Source: an uncultured Saprospirales bacterium | GTDB taxonomy: Bacteria > Bacteroidota > Bacteroidia > Chitinophagales > JADIYW01 | DNA length: 64,000 nt | Reading direction: 5' to 3' | Assembly (NCBI GenBank): GCA_938008535.1 | Contig: CALLKF010000164.1 | Location: forward strand, 10,202 to 74,201 | In this document: piece after piece, positions 22,278 to 32,901 of the stretch | Layout of the letters: each line of letters opens with the position of its first letter | Numbering within the stretch: position 1 is the stretch's first letter | The notes under the pieces: generated by a model | What the model saw: only the letters and a program-made list of their open reading frames with translations | Told to the model about the DNA's origin: nothing | Databases searched by the model: none | Made by a program: the position numbers and the translations under genes

Positions 22278-23309
22278 CTATTTTTGTTTAAGCTTAGTAA
22301 AATCGAGGGTTTTCATCCATTCCATCGTTTTTGCAAAACCTTCTTTATACGTAACCTTTGGAGTCCAATCTAACTCTCTTTTTGCTTTATCAATGGAAAA
22401 TCGCAAGCGTGAACCTAAATTTTTTACAGTGTATGTTGTGAGCAATGGTCTATCTTTTTGATTAACTAATTTCCCAAAAAATTCCATAACTACAGCAACA
22501 CTATATGCCAACCAATATGGAATTCTCATTTTCACTTCTTTTGCGTTTATTGATTTTGCCAAGCTATTGGTAAATTCTTCCAATGTTGTATGTTCTCCAT
22601 CGTGTATCAGGTAGCCGTTACCAATAGCACGTATATCTTCAGCAATTAACATCAATAAATCAACTAAGTTTTCAATGTAGGTTGGCCAAACAATCGCATT
22701 TTTGCGCATAAAAACCATTTCTTTTTTCAGAACTGCATCTGCTAAATGTGGCACAAATGTTTTGTCGCCAGGTCCGAAAATCCAGCATGGATACACCATA
22801 GTTACTGGTAAGTTTTTTTCTTTATAATATTTCCAGGCAATTTCTTCAGCTATTAATTTTGTATCAGGATAAGGTTCATTCCATGGTGTAAGTGGAAAAG
22901 TTTCATCCATCACTACATCTTCACGCAATCCAAAAACATCATTTGTACTTATTTTCACAAACCTTGATACGTTGGCTTCGCTTGCTGCGCGACAAACATT
23001 TTCGGTTCCATTTATCATCACCTGTTCAAATATCTCACGCTTGCCCCAATCTGAAACAAAAGCAGCACAATGAAAAACAATGTCAATATCATCTGTTAGT
23101 CCTTTTTTTACTTCTTCGTAATTTCTAATATCACCATAAATAATTTCGACATTTTTGTTTTGCAAATTTTTAATTTCAGGATCGTTAGGTAATACAAATG
23201 CTCGTACAACATTTTCTTTTTGCAGATTCGCATTTACTAAATGTGTACCCAAAAATCCTGTTGCTCCAGTAATAAAAACTTTTGTCGGCATATTTTCTAT
23301 ATTTAGCAA
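22278..23309 (-). CDS. NAD-dependent epimerase/dehydratase (3-beta-HSD-like)
   Basis: VFITGATGFLGTHLVNA...FHCAAFVSDWG; extended SDR, adjacent to an SDR gene. Confidence 0.85.
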   Translation of the reverse strand: MLNIENMPTKVFITGATGFLGTHLVNANLQKENVVRAFVLPNDPEIKNLQNKNVEIIYGDIRNYEEVKKGLTDDIDIVFHCAAFVSDWGKREIFEQVMINGTENVCRAASEANVSRFVKISTNDVFGLREDVVMDETFPLTPWNEPYPDTKLIAEEIAWKYYKEKNLPVTMVYPCWIFGPGDKTFVPHLADAVLKKEMVFMRKNAIVWPTYIENLVDLLMLIAEDIRAIGNGYLIHDGEHTTLEEFTNSLAKSINAKEVKMRIPYWLAYSVAVVMEFFGKLVNQKDRPLLTTYTVKNLGSRLRFSIDKAKRELDWTPKVTYKEGFAKTMEWMKTLDFTKLKQK

Positions 23310-23372
23310 AAAAGAGTATGCTGTTTAAAACCAAGTAAATATAAAAAAACAAAAAAATTAGTTAATACAATT

Positions 23373-23792
23373 TTATTTTGTTTTTTTCATCTCTTCCAAC
23401 ATTTGTATAATCTTATCTAGTTTTTCCGTTTCAATTAAATTAAGTTGTTTCTGTAAAGCTTCGATTTCTAATTTTGCATCTAGGTTTGTTTGGTAATCAG
23501 CTTGTGCTTGTGCTCTGTCTCTATCGCTTTGTCGGTTCTGAGCCATCATAATTATTGGTGCAGCATAAGCAGCTTGTGTAGAAAATAATAAATTCAGCAA
23601 GATAAATGGATATGGATCCCATTTTTGAATAAATCCTAAAACATTCAAACCCATCCAAATTATTACAAAAACTGTTTGTATAATTATAAATCGCCATGAA
23701 CCCATGCCAGTTGCTACGGAATCTGCAAGACGTTGACCAAATGAAGACACTTCAATGTGTTCTTCGTGCCAGTTTTTATTTTTTTTTGCCAT
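23373..23792 (-). CDS. DUF1003 domain membrane protein
   Basis: ADSVATGMGSWRFIIIQTVFVIIWMGLNVLGF...PYPFILLNLLFSTQAAYAAPIIMMAQNR; start moved to MAKKNK at 23792. Confidence 0.85.
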   Translation of the reverse strand: MAKKNKNWHEEHIEVSSFGQRLADSVATGMGSWRFIIIQTVFVIIWMGLNVLGFIQKWDPYPFILLNLLFSTQAAYAAPIIMMAQNRQSDRDRAQAQADYQTNLDAKLEIEALQKQLNLIETEKLDKIIQMLEEMKKTK

Positions 23793-23794
23793 TT

Positions 23795-24778
23795 TTATTT
23801 TATTAATTGTTGTAATTCTTTTGTGGTTACTGTAAGTAAACCGCAAGGTGCTAATCTTTTAGTAAGCTCTCTCCAATTTTGATCTTTTGCATAAATTTTT
23901 TGTAACAAAACTGCAGCTTCGCTAACTCTTTTATTATTTGCTAATGTTATAGCTGTCCAATATTGCATTTCCAAATTAGAAGGAAGCAATTTCATTGCTG
24001 ATTTATATGCTTCCATAGCAGCTTTAAAGTCATTTTTTTCAGCAAACAAATCACCTTGATTCATGAATTCATACGCTCTGAATGTTTTTAATAATCGTTC
24101 CAGTTCTTTAATCGGTTCTTTATGGTCATCCACACGCAAATCTATTAAACGGTCTTCCCATGAATTGCCATTGCTACGCGGACGAACTACTATTAATGAT
24201 GCAGATTGTTTGCCACGAATATCACCACCAGCTTTTTGCGCAGCTTTCATTACTTCTATTATTCTTTCAGCCAAAGGTTTTCCAGCATTTTCCAGCCAAG
24301 ACTTTTCCATTGCAGGTACAACTTTATCAGTCAGCATCATATTTGCTTGCACAGAAAAATTTTGTCCGTTTTTATGATCTGCAAATTGAATACATTTTTG
24401 TCCGGTATGTGTTACTACATTTCCAAATGTATCAATAATTGCAACTTGTCGAACCTCTTTTCCAGCATCATCTGCTAATAAAATATTCAATGCTTCCTGA
24501 GGCGTTTTTCCTTGTTTTAATAATTCTAAACCACGAACACCAAACGAAACATTTACAAACGATTGTGTAGCTACAGCACCAACACCAGCTTGTGCCCATG
24601 AAACAACAGTACCAACGCTAAACCAATGCGATTGAACGCCAACTGCAATTTCGCCAGTTTTTTCATCGCGTGCAACAATTGAAAATGTATGTGCAAATGG
24701 TTCTTTACTGAATAATTGTCTAGACATGATATTGTTAATTAGACAAAACGATATAAAAATAAACAACAGACGTTTCAT
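23795..24778 (-). CDS. DUF1028 domain protein with TPR-like C-terminus
   Basis: HTFSIVARDEKTGEIAVGVQSHWFSVGTVVSWAQAGVGAVATQSFVN. Confidence 0.85.
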   Translation of the reverse strand: MKRLLFIFISFCLINNIMSRQLFSKEPFAHTFSIVARDEKTGEIAVGVQSHWFSVGTVVSWAQAGVGAVATQSFVNVSFGVRGLELLKQGKTPQEALNILLADDAGKEVRQVAIIDTFGNVVTHTGQKCIQFADHKNGQNFSVQANMMLTDKVVPAMEKSWLENAGKPLAERIIEVMKAAQKAGGDIRGKQSASLIVVRPRSNGNSWEDRLIDLRVDDHKEPIKELERLLKTFRAYEFMNQGDLFAEKNDFKAAMEAYKSAMKLLPSNLEMQYWTAITLANNKRVSEAAVLLQKIYAKDQNWRELTKRLAPCGLLTVTTKELQQLIK

Positions 24779-24813
24779 AAAGTCAGATTTTTATTAAAGA
24801 TAGGCAGATTCTG

Positions 24814-25317
24814 TTATATCTTTCCTCTTAAACCTAACTCTATCAATTCCATTTTTTGTGGTTTGCCATTTTCTATTTCAAACCGTAAAATAGTTTTCAT
24901 TTTATGAAAGCCATGCACACCTGCAGCACCTGGATTGATATGCAGTAAATTAAATTTCTCATCACGCATAATTTTTAAAATATGCGAATGACCACAAACT
25001 AAAATATTTGGCTTTTCCTGTTTAATAATTTCGCGCACACGCTGATTATATACGCCAACTGCGCCTGCGATATGTGTAATAAATATTTTACAATTTTCTA
25101 CTTCAAAAATTAAATCTTCCGGAAATTCTGAACGCAATTCGTGTCCGTCAATATTGCCATAAACAGCGCGTAATGGTTTGAAATTTTTTAATTGATCCGT
25201 AACTGTATTTATACCAATATCACCAGCATGCCAGATCTCATCAACATCCTTAAAATAGTCAAACACTTGTTTGTCTAAATAACTGTGTGTGTCAGAAATG
25301 ATGCCTATTCGTGTCAT
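24814..25317 (-). CDS. YfcE/MJ0936-type metallophosphodiesterase
   Basis: GIISDTHSYLD...DEIWHAGDIG...GNIDG...ILVCGHSHI. Confidence 0.9.
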   Translation of the reverse strand: MTRIGIISDTHSYLDKQVFDYFKDVDEIWHAGDIGINTVTDQLKNFKPLRAVYGNIDGHELRSEFPEDLIFEVENCKIFITHIAGAVGVYNQRVREIIKQEKPNILVCGHSHILKIMRDEKFNLLHINPGAAGVHGFHKMKTILRFEIENGKPQKMELIELGLRGKI

Positions 25318-26510
25318 TAATTTTTTATCAATTTAGAATAGAAAAAGATTGCTGTAGCACAAAATAAAATAACGATGCACCAAAGCATATTAAAGCCAAA
25401 ATGTTGTGCCACAGCGGAACCTAAGAACGAACCAGAACTCTGTGCAATTGCCCATGTCATTGTCCAAATGCCAGCATATTGACCGCGATTGGTTTCGTCG
25501 GCTCTTGTCATCCAAAAAGAAACTAAAACAGAAAACGCGAAAATTTCGCTCAGTGTAATAAATGTCATGCTTATAAAAGCAACTAAGAAATTTACTTTAA
25601 AAATAACCAAAATTGCATACGCGATAATATGCAATGAAACACCAAAAATAACGGCTTTGCGTTTGCTACAGTTTCTTTCTAAATAATACACCAAAGACAT
25701 TTCAATCAATACAATTAAAATTCCGTTCCACATCATCAATATACCAATTGATCGCTCTGATAGCAACACTTCATTTTTAAAATAGGTGGTAAGATTAGAT
25801 AGCATTTGAAAAAAACTCATGATATAGAGCAATGAAACCAGCACAAATGAAATGAAAACTTTGTCTTTGTGTGCTGACACTTTTACTAGTACATTTTCAA
25901 GTTTATTTACTGCATCTTTTACTATGACAGGTGGCAACAATAAATAAATTAACAGCGCAGCAATCATGTTAGTGATGCCGTCAATCCAAAATAAATATTG
26001 GTAAGAATAGCTTGCTATTAAACCACCTAAACCGCCACCGACAGCCCAGCCTAAATTGAATGATAAACGCATTAATGAAAATGAACGCATGCGGTTTTCT
26101 TCCGTGCTGTATTTTGCCATAGCTGCTGAATTTGCAGGTCGAAAGGCTTCGTTGATCGATCCTAAAATAAAAACACAGATTGAAATAGAATAATAAGTGC
26201 GCAGTTGTCCAAGAACAATAAAAATGCAGCCACCTAAAATTAGTGTTGCTAATTGAACTTTATAAAAACCAATTTTGTCTGTAAGTTTTCCGCCAAGCAA
26301 ACTTCCGAAAATGGCACCGATTCCAAAAAATGCGATCACGCTGCCAGCTTGCGTTAATGTGCAGCCAATTTGTGATGTTAAGTAGATCATTAAAAATGCA
26401 CCAACCATTGTGCCGCATCGGTTCACTAAATTTACAAAAGCAAGCAGCCAGATTTCTTTGGACAAACCTTTGTACGTATTAATATAATATTTGGCAGCAT
26501 TTTCAATCAT
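25317..26510 (-). CDS. MFS transporter
   Basis: 12-TM pattern, GALLGGKLTDKIGFYKVQL loop 2-3 motif. Confidence 0.85.
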   Translation of the reverse strand: MIENAAKYYINTYKGLSKEIWLLAFVNLVNRCGTMVGAFLMIYLTSQIGCTLTQAGSVIAFFGIGAIFGSLLGGKLTDKIGFYKVQLATLILGGCIFIVLGQLRTYYSISICVFILGSINEAFRPANSAAMAKYSTEENRMRSFSLMRLSFNLGWAVGGGLGGLIASYSYQYLFWIDGITNMIAALLIYLLLPPVIVKDAVNKLENVLVKVSAHKDKVFISFVLVSLLYIMSFFQMLSNLTTYFKNEVLLSERSIGILMMWNGILIVLIEMSLVYYLERNCSKRKAVIFGVSLHIIAYAILVIFKVNFLVAFISMTFITLSEIFAFSVLVSFWMTRADETNRGQYAGIWTMTWAIAQSSGSFLGSAVAQHFGFNMLWCIVILFCATAIFFYSKLIKN

Positions 26511-26553
26511 GTGTTTGTAAAAATAGATAATAGCAAACTAAAAAGAGATGGAA

Positions 26554-27480
26554 TTATTTTATGGCTTCATCAATAAAGCTGATGATCGCTTTAATTTCTT
26601 TTGGCTGAAACCATGTGTAATCTTTGTTTTTATTAAAAAAAGTAAGTTGACGTTTGGCGTATTGACGTGTATGCAGTTTGATCAATTCAACGGCTTCATT
26701 CAAAGTTGTTTTGTCATCTATAAAATCAAATAATTCCTTGTAGCCAACAGTTTGCAGCGCATTGTGAGCTCTGTAGTTATAAACTGATTTTGCTTCTTCC
26801 AGAAAGCCTTGACGCATCATTTCATCAACGCGTGTATTGATATTGTGATGCAATTGGTCTTTAGATAAATTTATACCGATTTTTATTGGCGTAAAATTTC
26901 GATGGACATCATTTTTTCTTTTGAAATAAGAAAATTTTTGCTGTGTGCCAATGCAAACTTCCAGCGCACGAATTACTCGTTGCGGATTTTGTATATCTAT
27001 CGAATGATACGTTTCTTCGTCTAATTCTTTTAGTTTTTGTTGTAATGGTTCGATGCCAAAATCCTTATAATTTTGATTTAATTCTTCACGTATTTTTTCA
27101 TCAATTGTTGGAATTTCATCGAAACCATTTAATATTGCATTGATATAAAAACCGGTGCCACCACAAAGTACGAGTACGTTTTTTGTTTTAAATAAATCAT
27201 CTAATAACGCAATCACTTCTCGCTCATATTCACCTGCTGAGAAATATTCGTCAATGCTTTTGTTTGCAATAAAATGATGTTTGACTTCATTTAATTCGTC
27301 AACACTTGGCCGCGCAACACCAATATTTAATTCTTTAAAGATTTGTCGTGAATCTGCAGAAATAATTTCCGTATCAAAATGTTTTGCAATTTGAATAGCA
27401 ACAGAAGTTTTACCAACGGCTGTTGGTCCTGCGATGATGATTAGAAATTTAGGATTTGAGATTTCTGATTTGAGATTCAT
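26554..27480 (-). CDS. miaA: tRNA dimethylallyltransferase
   Basis: IIAGPTAVGKTSVAIQIAKHFDTEIISADSRQIF...NPQRVIRALEV. Confidence 0.95.
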   Translation of the reverse strand: MNLKSEISNPKFLIIIAGPTAVGKTSVAIQIAKHFDTEIISADSRQIFKELNIGVARPSVDELNEVKHHFIANKSIDEYFSAGEYEREVIALLDDLFKTKNVLVLCGGTGFYINAILNGFDEIPTIDEKIREELNQNYKDFGIEPLQQKLKELDEETYHSIDIQNPQRVIRALEVCIGTQQKFSYFKRKNDVHRNFTPIKIGINLSKDQLHHNINTRVDEMMRQGFLEEAKSVYNYRAHNALQTVGYKELFDFIDDKTTLNEAVELIKLHTRQYAKRQLTFFNKNKDYTWFQPKEIKAIISFIDEAIK

Positions 27481-27488
27481 TTTATTTG

Positions 27489-28907
27489 CTATTTATCAAT
27501 CGTCAAATTCAATTCTTTGCCTTTTTGTATCATCAGCTCAAATGCTTCGTCGTAATCATTTTTTATCACACCATCTAAAATGGAATCTTTAATAAAATCT
27601 TTAATCGTTCCGACTTCGCGTGATGGTTTAATATTAAACGTTTGCATAATAATTTCGCCGGTAATTGGTGGCTGCCAGTTGCGAATATGATCGCGTGCTT
27701 CAACTTCTTTTATTTTCTGTTGCACTAACACTAAATTGGCTTTGTAGCGCTTTACTTTTGTTTCATTTTTAGAAGTGATATCAGCATCGCACAACATCAA
27801 CAAACTTTCCAGGTCATCGCCTGCATCAAACAAAATACGACGAATAGCTGAATCGGTAATGTTTTCTTTAGTTAATGAAATTGGACGCAAATGCAACATC
27901 ACCATTTTTTGCACGAATCGCATTTTTTCGTCTAACGGCAATTTAAATCGTGCAAAAATTTTCGGTGTCCATTTGGCACCAACTACTTCGTGTCCGTGAA
28001 ACGTCCAGCCGTGACCTTCTTCAAACCGTTGCGTTGCAGGTTTTGCTATGTCATGTAAAATTGCAGACCAGCGCAGCCAGAGATCATTCGTGTTTTGTGA
28101 TAAATTGTCAAGTACTTGTAACGTGTGATAAAAATTATCTTTGTGACCTAAATTATCTTTGATTGAAACACCATGCAGTTTCACCATTTCAGGAAAAAAC
28201 TGGTGCAGTAACTTTGTATCGAACAATAATTTGAAACCAGCAGAAGGTGTTTTTGATAAGATGATTTTATTCAATTCATCCGTTATTCTTTCTTGCGAAA
28301 TTATTTTTAATCTATCAGCCAATGGCTCAATATGCTGATACGTATTTTCTTCAATAGTAAAATTTAATTGTGCTGCAAAACGCACTGCACGCATCATACG
28401 CAACGGATCATCGTCGAATGTAATTTTAGGATCTAATGGTGTGCGAATGATACCATTTTTCAAATCTTCTAAACCATTGAACGCATCAATAACTTCACCA
28501 AATTTATTTTTTGATAAATGAATAGCTAACGCGTTAATAGTAAAATCTCGTCTTGAAATATCATCTTCCAAAGTGCCATCTTCTACAATTGGTTTGCGTG
28601 AATCACGTTGATAGGATTCTTTACGCGCGCCAACAAATTCCAGTTCTATATCGTGTAGTTTTATTTGTGCTGTTCCAAAGTTTTTGAAGTAAGCAACATA
28701 CGGTTTTGGCTGGATTTTTTCTGCAATTTTTTTCGCTAATTCAATGCCTGAGCCAACACAAACGATATCTATATCTTTACAATCACGATTTAAAATTTTG
28801 TCACGCACGAAACCACCAACAGCATACGCATCGATGTTTAATTCATCGGCACTTTGCGCTACAAGTTGCAGTAATTCATTTTCTCTTTCTGTAAAATTCA
28901 AAGTCAT
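27489..28907 (-). CDS. cca: CCA tRNA nucleotidyltransferase / poly(A) polymerase family with HD domain
   Basis: YAVGGFVRDKILNRDCKDIDIVCVG...RRDFTINALA...RMMRAVRFAAQLNF and HD motif. Confidence 0.9.
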   Translation of the reverse strand: MTLNFTERENELLQLVAQSADELNIDAYAVGGFVRDKILNRDCKDIDIVCVGSGIELAKKIAEKIQPKPYVAYFKNFGTAQIKLHDIELEFVGARKESYQRDSRKPIVEDGTLEDDISRRDFTINALAIHLSKNKFGEVIDAFNGLEDLKNGIIRTPLDPKITFDDDPLRMMRAVRFAAQLNFTIEENTYQHIEPLADRLKIISQERITDELNKIILSKTPSAGFKLLFDTKLLHQFFPEMVKLHGVSIKDNLGHKDNFYHTLQVLDNLSQNTNDLWLRWSAILHDIAKPATQRFEEGHGWTFHGHEVVGAKWTPKIFARFKLPLDEKMRFVQKMVMLHLRPISLTKENITDSAIRRILFDAGDDLESLLMLCDADITSKNETKVKRYKANLVLVQQKIKEVEARDHIRNWQPPITGEIIMQTFNIKPSREVGTIKDFIKDSILDGVIKNDYDEAFELMIQKGKELNLTIDK

Positions 28908-28961
28908 TTGAACGCAAAGATAAGATTAGTAATGAGTAGAAAGTAGTAAGTAGAAAGAAAG

Positions 28962-29531
28962 TTATCGCAAATATTCGATTGAATTGTCTGTGTTTATTCT
29001 TATGAGTTTAGATGGTTGTTTGTAAGTAGATGTATCATGTCTTCTTTCTACAATAAAATCCACTTTATCTTTTATTTCAGATGAAATTTGTCCAAATTCT
29101 AATGGCGTTTTTTCACCGGAAATATTGGCTGATGTGCTGATGATTGGCTTGCCAAATTCACGAATTAATTGCTGACAGAATTTGTGTTTTACTAAACGTA
29201 TAGCAACCGTATTGTCTTCGTTAATTACATTTTTTGCCAAGCCTAAAGGATTTGGATAAATGATAGTTGTAGGAACTTTTAAAGAAAAAATCAGCGACTC
29301 AATTTCATTGGTTATGTTTACATGCTTTTCTAATGTTTCGATGGAATCTACTAAAACAATCAAACTTTTTTCTTTTGGTCGTTGTTTGATTTCAAAAATT
29401 TTATCGACAGCATCTGCGTTGCTTGCATCGCACCCAAGACCCCAAATGGTATCAGTTGGATACAATAAAATATTGCCTTCTATCAAGTGGTTGATACAGC
29501 GAATTAAATGACTGTCTAATTTAACTTTCAT
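28962..29531 (-). CDS. L-threonylcarbamoyladenylate synthase (Sua5/YciO/YrdC)
   Basis: LYPTDTIWGLGCDASNADAVDKIFEIKQRP. Confidence 0.92.
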   Translation of the reverse strand: MKVKLDSHLIRCINHLIEGNILLYPTDTIWGLGCDASNADAVDKIFEIKQRPKEKSLIVLVDSIETLEKHVNITNEIESLIFSLKVPTTIIYPNPLGLAKNVINEDNTVAIRLVKHKFCQQLIREFGKPIISTSANISGEKTPLEFGQISSEIKDKVDFIVERRHDTSTYKQPSKLIRINTDNSIEYLR

Positions 29532-29548
29532 AGAAAATACAAAACCAT

Positions 29549-30664
29549 TTACGCAAGACTTTTATAAACACGCATCATTTTTTCCGTCATTTTTTCCGGA
29601 TTGAATTTTTGAACTTGATGAATTGATTTTTGTTTGATCTCGGCTGCTAATTCTAAATTGTAATAAATAAAATTGATGGCTGCCGAAATTTCTTCCACAT
29701 TCATCGGATCAACAAAGATGCAAGCATCACCGCCAACTTCAGGCATAGATGAAATGTTGCTGGTGATGACCGGTTTGCCGCAGCGCAAAGCTTCCAAAAT
29801 GGGCAACCCAAATCCTTCGTACAAACTCGGATACACTAAGCCTTGCGACATATGATAAATGATCGGCAATTCGTACCAAGGCAAATCTTTCAGAAAAAAA
29901 ACACGACCTTCCAAGCCATTTTCATAGATAAAATTTTCTGAATTCTGATAATCGTCACCACCATTTGAAATCGCAACCAAATGCTTGTCGGAATTTTCCG
30001 GTAATGTCATCGCTTTTAAGATGTTGATGAAATTTTTTCGCTTATTCAACGCACCAACAAACAATACAAAATCGCGCGGCAAGCCATATCGCGCAAAATA
30101 TTCATCCTTTAAAACATAATTACATTCGTACTCATATTCTTTATTCCATGTTGGATAAACCACATGAATTTTTTCTTCAGGAACTTTAAATAATTCCATC
30201 AAGTCTTGCTTTGTTTGCTCACTAACTGCAATAATGGCATCAGCAATATGACATGCTTTTTTTGTTTTATACGCATACATTTGACGGTCAATAAATGGAA
30301 ATGTTTTTGGTAATTTTTGAAAGATAACGTCATGAATCGTTACCACTTTTTTCATTGGTTGTGGTAAGTCAGGCACTTCAGCACTCAAGCCATGATAGAT
30401 ATTAATTCCATGTTTAAAGATATCTTCTTCAACGCCTTTAAACCGCCAAAGATCAGCACTGAACGCGTCAGAAATTACAGTTCGGTCAACGTATTCTTTG
30501 TATTTGTACGGACTGTCTTCAAAATATTTTTGATGAACAAAAATCTTGTATTCTTCATTTGGGAAAAACTGTAATAATCGATTAAACAGTGTTCGCGAAT
30601 AATTTCCTAAACCTGTTTTATTATCGTATAAACGTTTTCCGTCGAAACCTATAGTTAATGGCAT
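29549..30664 (-). CDS. Glycosyltransferase family 4 (group 1)
   Basis: GLVYPSLYEGFGLPILEALRCGKPVITSNISSMPEVGGDA. Confidence 0.92.
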   Translation of the reverse strand: MPLTIGFDGKRLYDNKTGLGNYSRTLFNRLLQFFPNEEYKIFVHQKYFEDSPYKYKEYVDRTVISDAFSADLWRFKGVEEDIFKHGINIYHGLSAEVPDLPQPMKKVVTIHDVIFQKLPKTFPFIDRQMYAYKTKKACHIADAIIAVSEQTKQDLMELFKVPEEKIHVVYPTWNKEYEYECNYVLKDEYFARYGLPRDFVLFVGALNKRKNFINILKAMTLPENSDKHLVAISNGGDDYQNSENFIYENGLEGRVFFLKDLPWYELPIIYHMSQGLVYPSLYEGFGLPILEALRCGKPVITSNISSMPEVGGDACIFVDPMNVEEISAAINFIYYNLELAAEIKQKSIHQVQKFNPEKMTEKMMRVYKSLA

Positions 30665-30688
30665 TGTTCTTACTACTTTATTTTCATA

Positions 30689-31528
30689 CTATACAGACAA
30701 ATCAAAATCTCTCAATGCATCATTTAAAGAAGTCTTGGTATCGGTGCTTTCTTTTCTTTTTCCGATAATTAATGCGCATGGCACCTGGTAAATTCCTGCA
30801 GGAAATTGTTTTGGAATGGTTCCTGGAATGACTACACTTCTTGCAGGCACCACTCCACGATATTCTTTTGGCTCGCTACCTGAAACATCAATGATTTTTG
30901 TGGACATAGTTAAAACTACGTTTGCACCTAATACAGCTTCTTGTTCTACTCGAACACCTTCTACAACAATGCATCTTGAGCCAATAAAACAATCATCTTC
31001 TATAATAACAGGTGCAGCTTGCACTGGTTCAAGAACGCCGCCAATACCAACGCCACCACTTAGATGAACATTTTTGCCAATCTGCGCACAACTGCCAACT
31101 GTTGCCCAAGTATCTACCATTGTTCCGCTATCAACATATGCACCAATATTTACATAAGATGGCATCATAATAACACCTTTAGCTAAAAATGCACCGCGAC
31201 GAGCAATTGCGTGTGGAACCACACGAACACCTAATGCAGCATAATTTCTTTTCAATGGAATTTTGTCGTGAAATTCAAATGGGCCAACTTCAATTGTTTC
31301 CATTTTTTGTGTTGGAAAATAAAGAATCACCGCTTTTTTGATCCAGTCGTTAACATGCCAGTCGTTATTTATTTTTTCAGCTACACGCAATTTCCCTAAG
31401 TCTAATTGCGTTATTACTTCGTTGATAGCATCTAAAGTGGCAGCATCTTGTAATAAAGTTCTGTCATTCCACGCTTTTTCTATAATTTGTTTAATATCGT
31501 CCATAAAAATTCCGAAATTTGTCGTCAA
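30689..31528 (-). CDS. dapD: 2,3,4,5-tetrahydropyridine-2,6-dicarboxylate N-succinyltransferase
   Basis: Left-handed beta-helix; VMMPSYVNIGAYVDSGTMVDTWATVGSCAQIGKNVHLSGGVGIGGVLEP. Confidence 0.95.
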   Translation of the reverse strand: MTTNFGIFMDDIKQIIEKAWNDRTLLQDAATLDAINEVITQLDLGKLRVAEKINNDWHVNDWIKKAVILYFPTQKMETIEVGPFEFHDKIPLKRNYAALGVRVVPHAIARRGAFLAKGVIMMPSYVNIGAYVDSGTMVDTWATVGSCAQIGKNVHLSGGVGIGGVLEPVQAAPVIIEDDCFIGSRCIVVEGVRVEQEAVLGANVVLTMSTKIIDVSGSEPKEYRGVVPARSVVIPGTIPKQFPAGIYQVPCALIIGKRKESTDTKTSLNDALRDFDLSV

Positions 31529-31546
31529 AATTAAATATTTAAAGTT

Positions 31547-32200
31547 ATGAAACTGATTAAAAATAAATTAAATGTGTACTTAAAGCTGTTGATACTATTT
31601 TTTGTGTTCATAAGTATCACATCTTGTAATAATAAAAAGAAAGTAGAAGTAAAAAATAAAGAAGGAATTGTGGTGGAAAGTTATTTTGTTGACAAAAAAA
31701 ATCCGTCTGAAAAAATAGGTGTTTATAATAGATATTATGATGATGGAAAAATTGTAGAAGTAGCCAATTATAAAAATGGAAAATTAAATGGTGTACGAAC
31801 GCTTTATCATCCAAATGGAAATAAAATGCAAGAAGAAAATTATATAGATGATAAATTAGAAGGAAAAGTGACTTCTTATTTTGAAGATGGATCGCTGCAA
31901 CAGGAAGCTGTTTATAAAGATAATTCAGGAAATGGTGTTTGGAAAAATTACTTTAAAGATCAAAAAAATGTAGTGAAAGAAGAGGTTACAATTGTGGAAA
32001 ATAAAATAAACGGTGCTTTTAAAGAATTTTATCCAAATGGAAAATTACATGCGACAGGCAAAAAAATAGAAGTAAATGAAGGACCAGACGCATTTGATAC
32101 ATATGATGGAAAAGTAGAAGTGTATGATTCTACTGGAACGCTGGAAAAAATACTTACCTTTGAAAACGGCAAACAAATTGCAAAAGAGGAAAAAAAATAA
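31547..32200 (+). CDS. YwqK-like/MORN-repeat lipoprotein
   Basis: FISITSCNNKK lipobox; YYDDGKIVEVANYKNGKLNGVRTLYHPNGNKMQEENY repeats. Confidence 0.8.
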   Translation: MKLIKNKLNVYLKLLILFFVFISITSCNNKKKVEVKNKEGIVVESYFVDKKNPSEKIGVYNRYYDDGKIVEVANYKNGKLNGVRTLYHPNGNKMQEENYIDDKLEGKVTSYFEDGSLQQEAVYKDNSGNGVWKNYFKDQKNVVKEEVTIVENKINGAFKEFYPNGKLHATGKKIEVNEGPDAFDTYDGKVEVYDSTGTLEKILTFENGKQIAKEEKK

Positions 32201-32201
32201 A

Positions 32202-32582
32202 ATGCGAAAATCAATCAAACTTATACTTGCAACACTTTTGTTTGTTGCATGTAATTCTACAACTAAAAATTTAGGTAATAGTTTTGTACCAAAAAATCCA
32301 GTTTCAGTGCATACTGTAATTGAAAGATTAAAAACAGAAACTGCTTTTTCAGATGTGCAAATTGAAGGAAAAATTGTAAAAAGCTGCACCAGTGAAGGTT
32401 GTTGGTTTACCATAAAAGACGATTCTACAGGAAATGAAGTGCTATTTGATGTAAAAGATAAAAAATTTAGAGTACCTACAAATAGTCCTGAGAAACAAGT
32501 AGTTGTTTTGGCAGATGCACAAAATGACAGTACTTCTGAACAAAAATTTATATTATCTGTTAAAGGTCTGATGTTTAAATAA
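32202..32582 (+). CDS. DUF4920-like lipoprotein
   Basis: MRKSIKLILATLLFVACNSTT...VEGKIVKSCTSEGCWFTI; start placed at ATG 32202 rather than the track start 32124. Confidence 0.8.
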   Translation: MRKSIKLILATLLFVACNSTTKNLGNSFVPKNPVSVHTVIERLKTETAFSDVQIEGKIVKSCTSEGCWFTIKDDSTGNEVLFDVKDKKFRVPTNSPEKQVVVLADAQNDSTSEQKFILSVKGLMFK

Positions 32583-32613
32583 GCGTTAATAGAGCAAAAA
32601 ATAAAATAAATTC

Positions 32614-32643
32614 TTGTCTATTCACTAAAATAAATTATCTTTG
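32614..32643 (+). promoter_or_regulatory. Bacteroidota-type promoter (TTG-N19-TATCTTTG) of tRNA-Lys
   Basis: TTG at 32614-32616 and TATCTTTG at 32636-32643, ~25 nt upstream of the tRNA. Confidence 0.6.
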
Positions 32644-32667
32644 CACTCGCTTTTGTAAAAAAGCAAT

Positions 32668-32740
32668 GATTCCGTAGCTCAGCTGGTAGAGCAATACACT
32701 TTTAATGTATGGGTCCTGGGTTCGAATCCCAGCGGGATCA
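32668..32740 (+). tRNA. tRNA-Lys(UUU)
   Basis: Cloverleaf: acceptor GATTCCG/CGGGATC, anticodon arm ATACA-CTTTTAA-TGTAT (anticodon TTT), T arm CTGGG-TTCGAAT-CCCAG. Confidence 0.95.
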
Positions 32741-32754
32741 CAGGTGCCAAACCC

Positions 32755-32792
32755 AAACGCTTGCATATCAGAGGATTGCAGGCGTTTTTTAT
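32755..32792 (+). terminator. Rho-independent terminator after tRNA-Lys
   Basis: AAACGCtTGCA ... TGCAgGCGTTT followed by a T run. Confidence 0.6.
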
Positions 32793-32812
32793 TTTAGTTT
32801 AGTCTAAAATAA

Positions 32813-32846
32813 AAAAAACTGTTTAGGATTCTCTAAACAGTTTTTT
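32813..32846. terminator. Bidirectional terminator
   Basis: Perfect 14-bp stem AAAAAACTGTTTAG-gattct-CTAAACAGTTTTTT between converging genes. Confidence 0.8.
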
Positions 32847-32901
32847 ATTTAATTATGTACCTCTATTTTAAGACAACATAATCTAAATTACAATTTCATT
32901 T